From assembly GCA_947627985.1 (NCBI GenBank), contig CANQYD010000003.1, forward strand, positions 24,108 to 88,107: a DNA stretch of 64,000 nucleotides. The letters are read 5' to 3'. Shown piece by piece: positions 63,642 to 64,000 of this stretch. The translations under genes were made by a program, and so were the position numbers. A model generated the notes under the pieces. The model ran no database searches, was not told the DNA's origin, and was given only the letters and a program-made list of their open reading frames with translations. Each line of letters starts with the position of its first letter. The first letter of the stretch is position 1. The stretch comes from an uncultured Clostridia bacterium. GTDB lineage: Bacteria; Bacillota; Clostridia; Oscillospirales; Ruminococcaceae.

Positions 63642-64000
63642 TTACACCTTTACCTCTTCCGGATTACGCGTCTCCGCCTCCGCCTTTTCCTCCTTCATCG
63701 CCTTCTTGGCGGAGCTGAGCATGAGCTTTATGCGGTTGAGTTGGTTGACCTCCGAGGCGCCGGGGTCGTAATCGACGGCGGCGATGTTTGCCTGCGGGTA
63801 AACTTTTTTAAGGTGCTTTATCATTCCCTTGCCGACGACGTGATTCGGCAGGCATGCAAAGGGCTGAATGCAGACGATATTCGGCACGCCGCTCTCCAAA
63901 AGTTCAGCCATCTCTCCCGTCAGGAACCACCCTTCGCCGTACTGATTTCCGAGGCTTAAAAACTGCTTCGCAAGGTTGGCGACGTCTTTTATCGGCATCG
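63642..64000 (-). CDS. C-terminal part of a BcrAD/BadFG-type CoA-enzyme activase-related protein (continues beyond window)
   Basis: ..GWFLTGEMAELLESGVPNIVCIQPFACLPNHVVGKGMIKHLKK..DYDPGASEVNQLNRIKLML; stop at 63642. Confidence 0.7.
   Translation of the reverse strand, partial: MPIKDVANLAKQFLSLGNQYGEGWFLTGEMAELLESGVPNIVCIQPFACLPNHVVGKGMIKHLKKVYPQANIAAVDYDPGASEVNQLNRIKLMLSSAKKAMKEEKAEAETRNPEEVKV

Noticed and set aside
63459-63959. ORF 63459-63959 (+), 166 aa
   Set aside because: - It is largely antisense to the well-supported activase-like CDS (63642-64000, minus strand).
- It has no RBS, and its composition mirrors the opposite strand.

Overview
This looks like a chromosomal segment of a GC-rich Firmicute. 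The Clostridia-like gene content and the many TTGACA-17-TATAAT promoters support that, but the taxonomy is inference.

Coding content, left to right:
1. An Ile-type T-box leader, then an HTH/cupin-fused medium-chain acyl-CoA synthetase, a P-loop NTPase and a four-subunit 2-oxoacid:ferredoxin oxidoreductase. ilvE follows with its own promoter.
2. A GH5 cellulase followed by four paralogous small PxTG-anchored surface proteins.
3. proC.
4. A GH3/GH43/GH95 glycosidase cluster with an AlkD-like gene and an AKR/Fe-S gene, then mscS.
5. A minus-strand operon of metN-metI-metQ, a FAD-linked oxidase and a YbdL/MtnE-like aminotransferase, with a divergent Rrf2 regulator and cysK.
6. A minus-strand sigma/anti-sigma/lipoprotein/ABC cluster.
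7. sbcD, two ABC exporter genes, a cell-wall-repeat protein, a CBS protein and an M16 peptidase.
8. A Leu T-box followed by leuA-leuC-leuD-leuB-ilvB-ilvN-ilvC-ilvD.
9. A DUF815-type ATPase, two tandem candidate sRNAs, and the 3' end of an activase-like gene.

I saw no rRNA, tRNA, CRISPR array or intact transposase.

The most unusual content is non-coding. About 6 kb by my coordinates is occupied by two families of modular, GC-rich hairpin repeats that I cannot assign to any named family.
- Type I mosaics start just 3' of genes, in the orientation of the upstream gene. They are built from reusable hairpin modules that show clear compensatory base changes between copies, GNA-type triloops, opposed intrinsic terminators, and a canonical G-quadruplex motif placed where it competes with a hairpin.
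- Type II units are about 285-292 bp and often tandem. Each carries five phased CT-rich heptamers and a 'clamped triple-hairpin' module, GGGCGAAGCCC ... three variable hairpins ... GGGCTTCGCCC. In this window every Type II locus borders a branched-chain amino acid gene.

All homology calls come from reading motifs by eye. No searches or folding programs were run.
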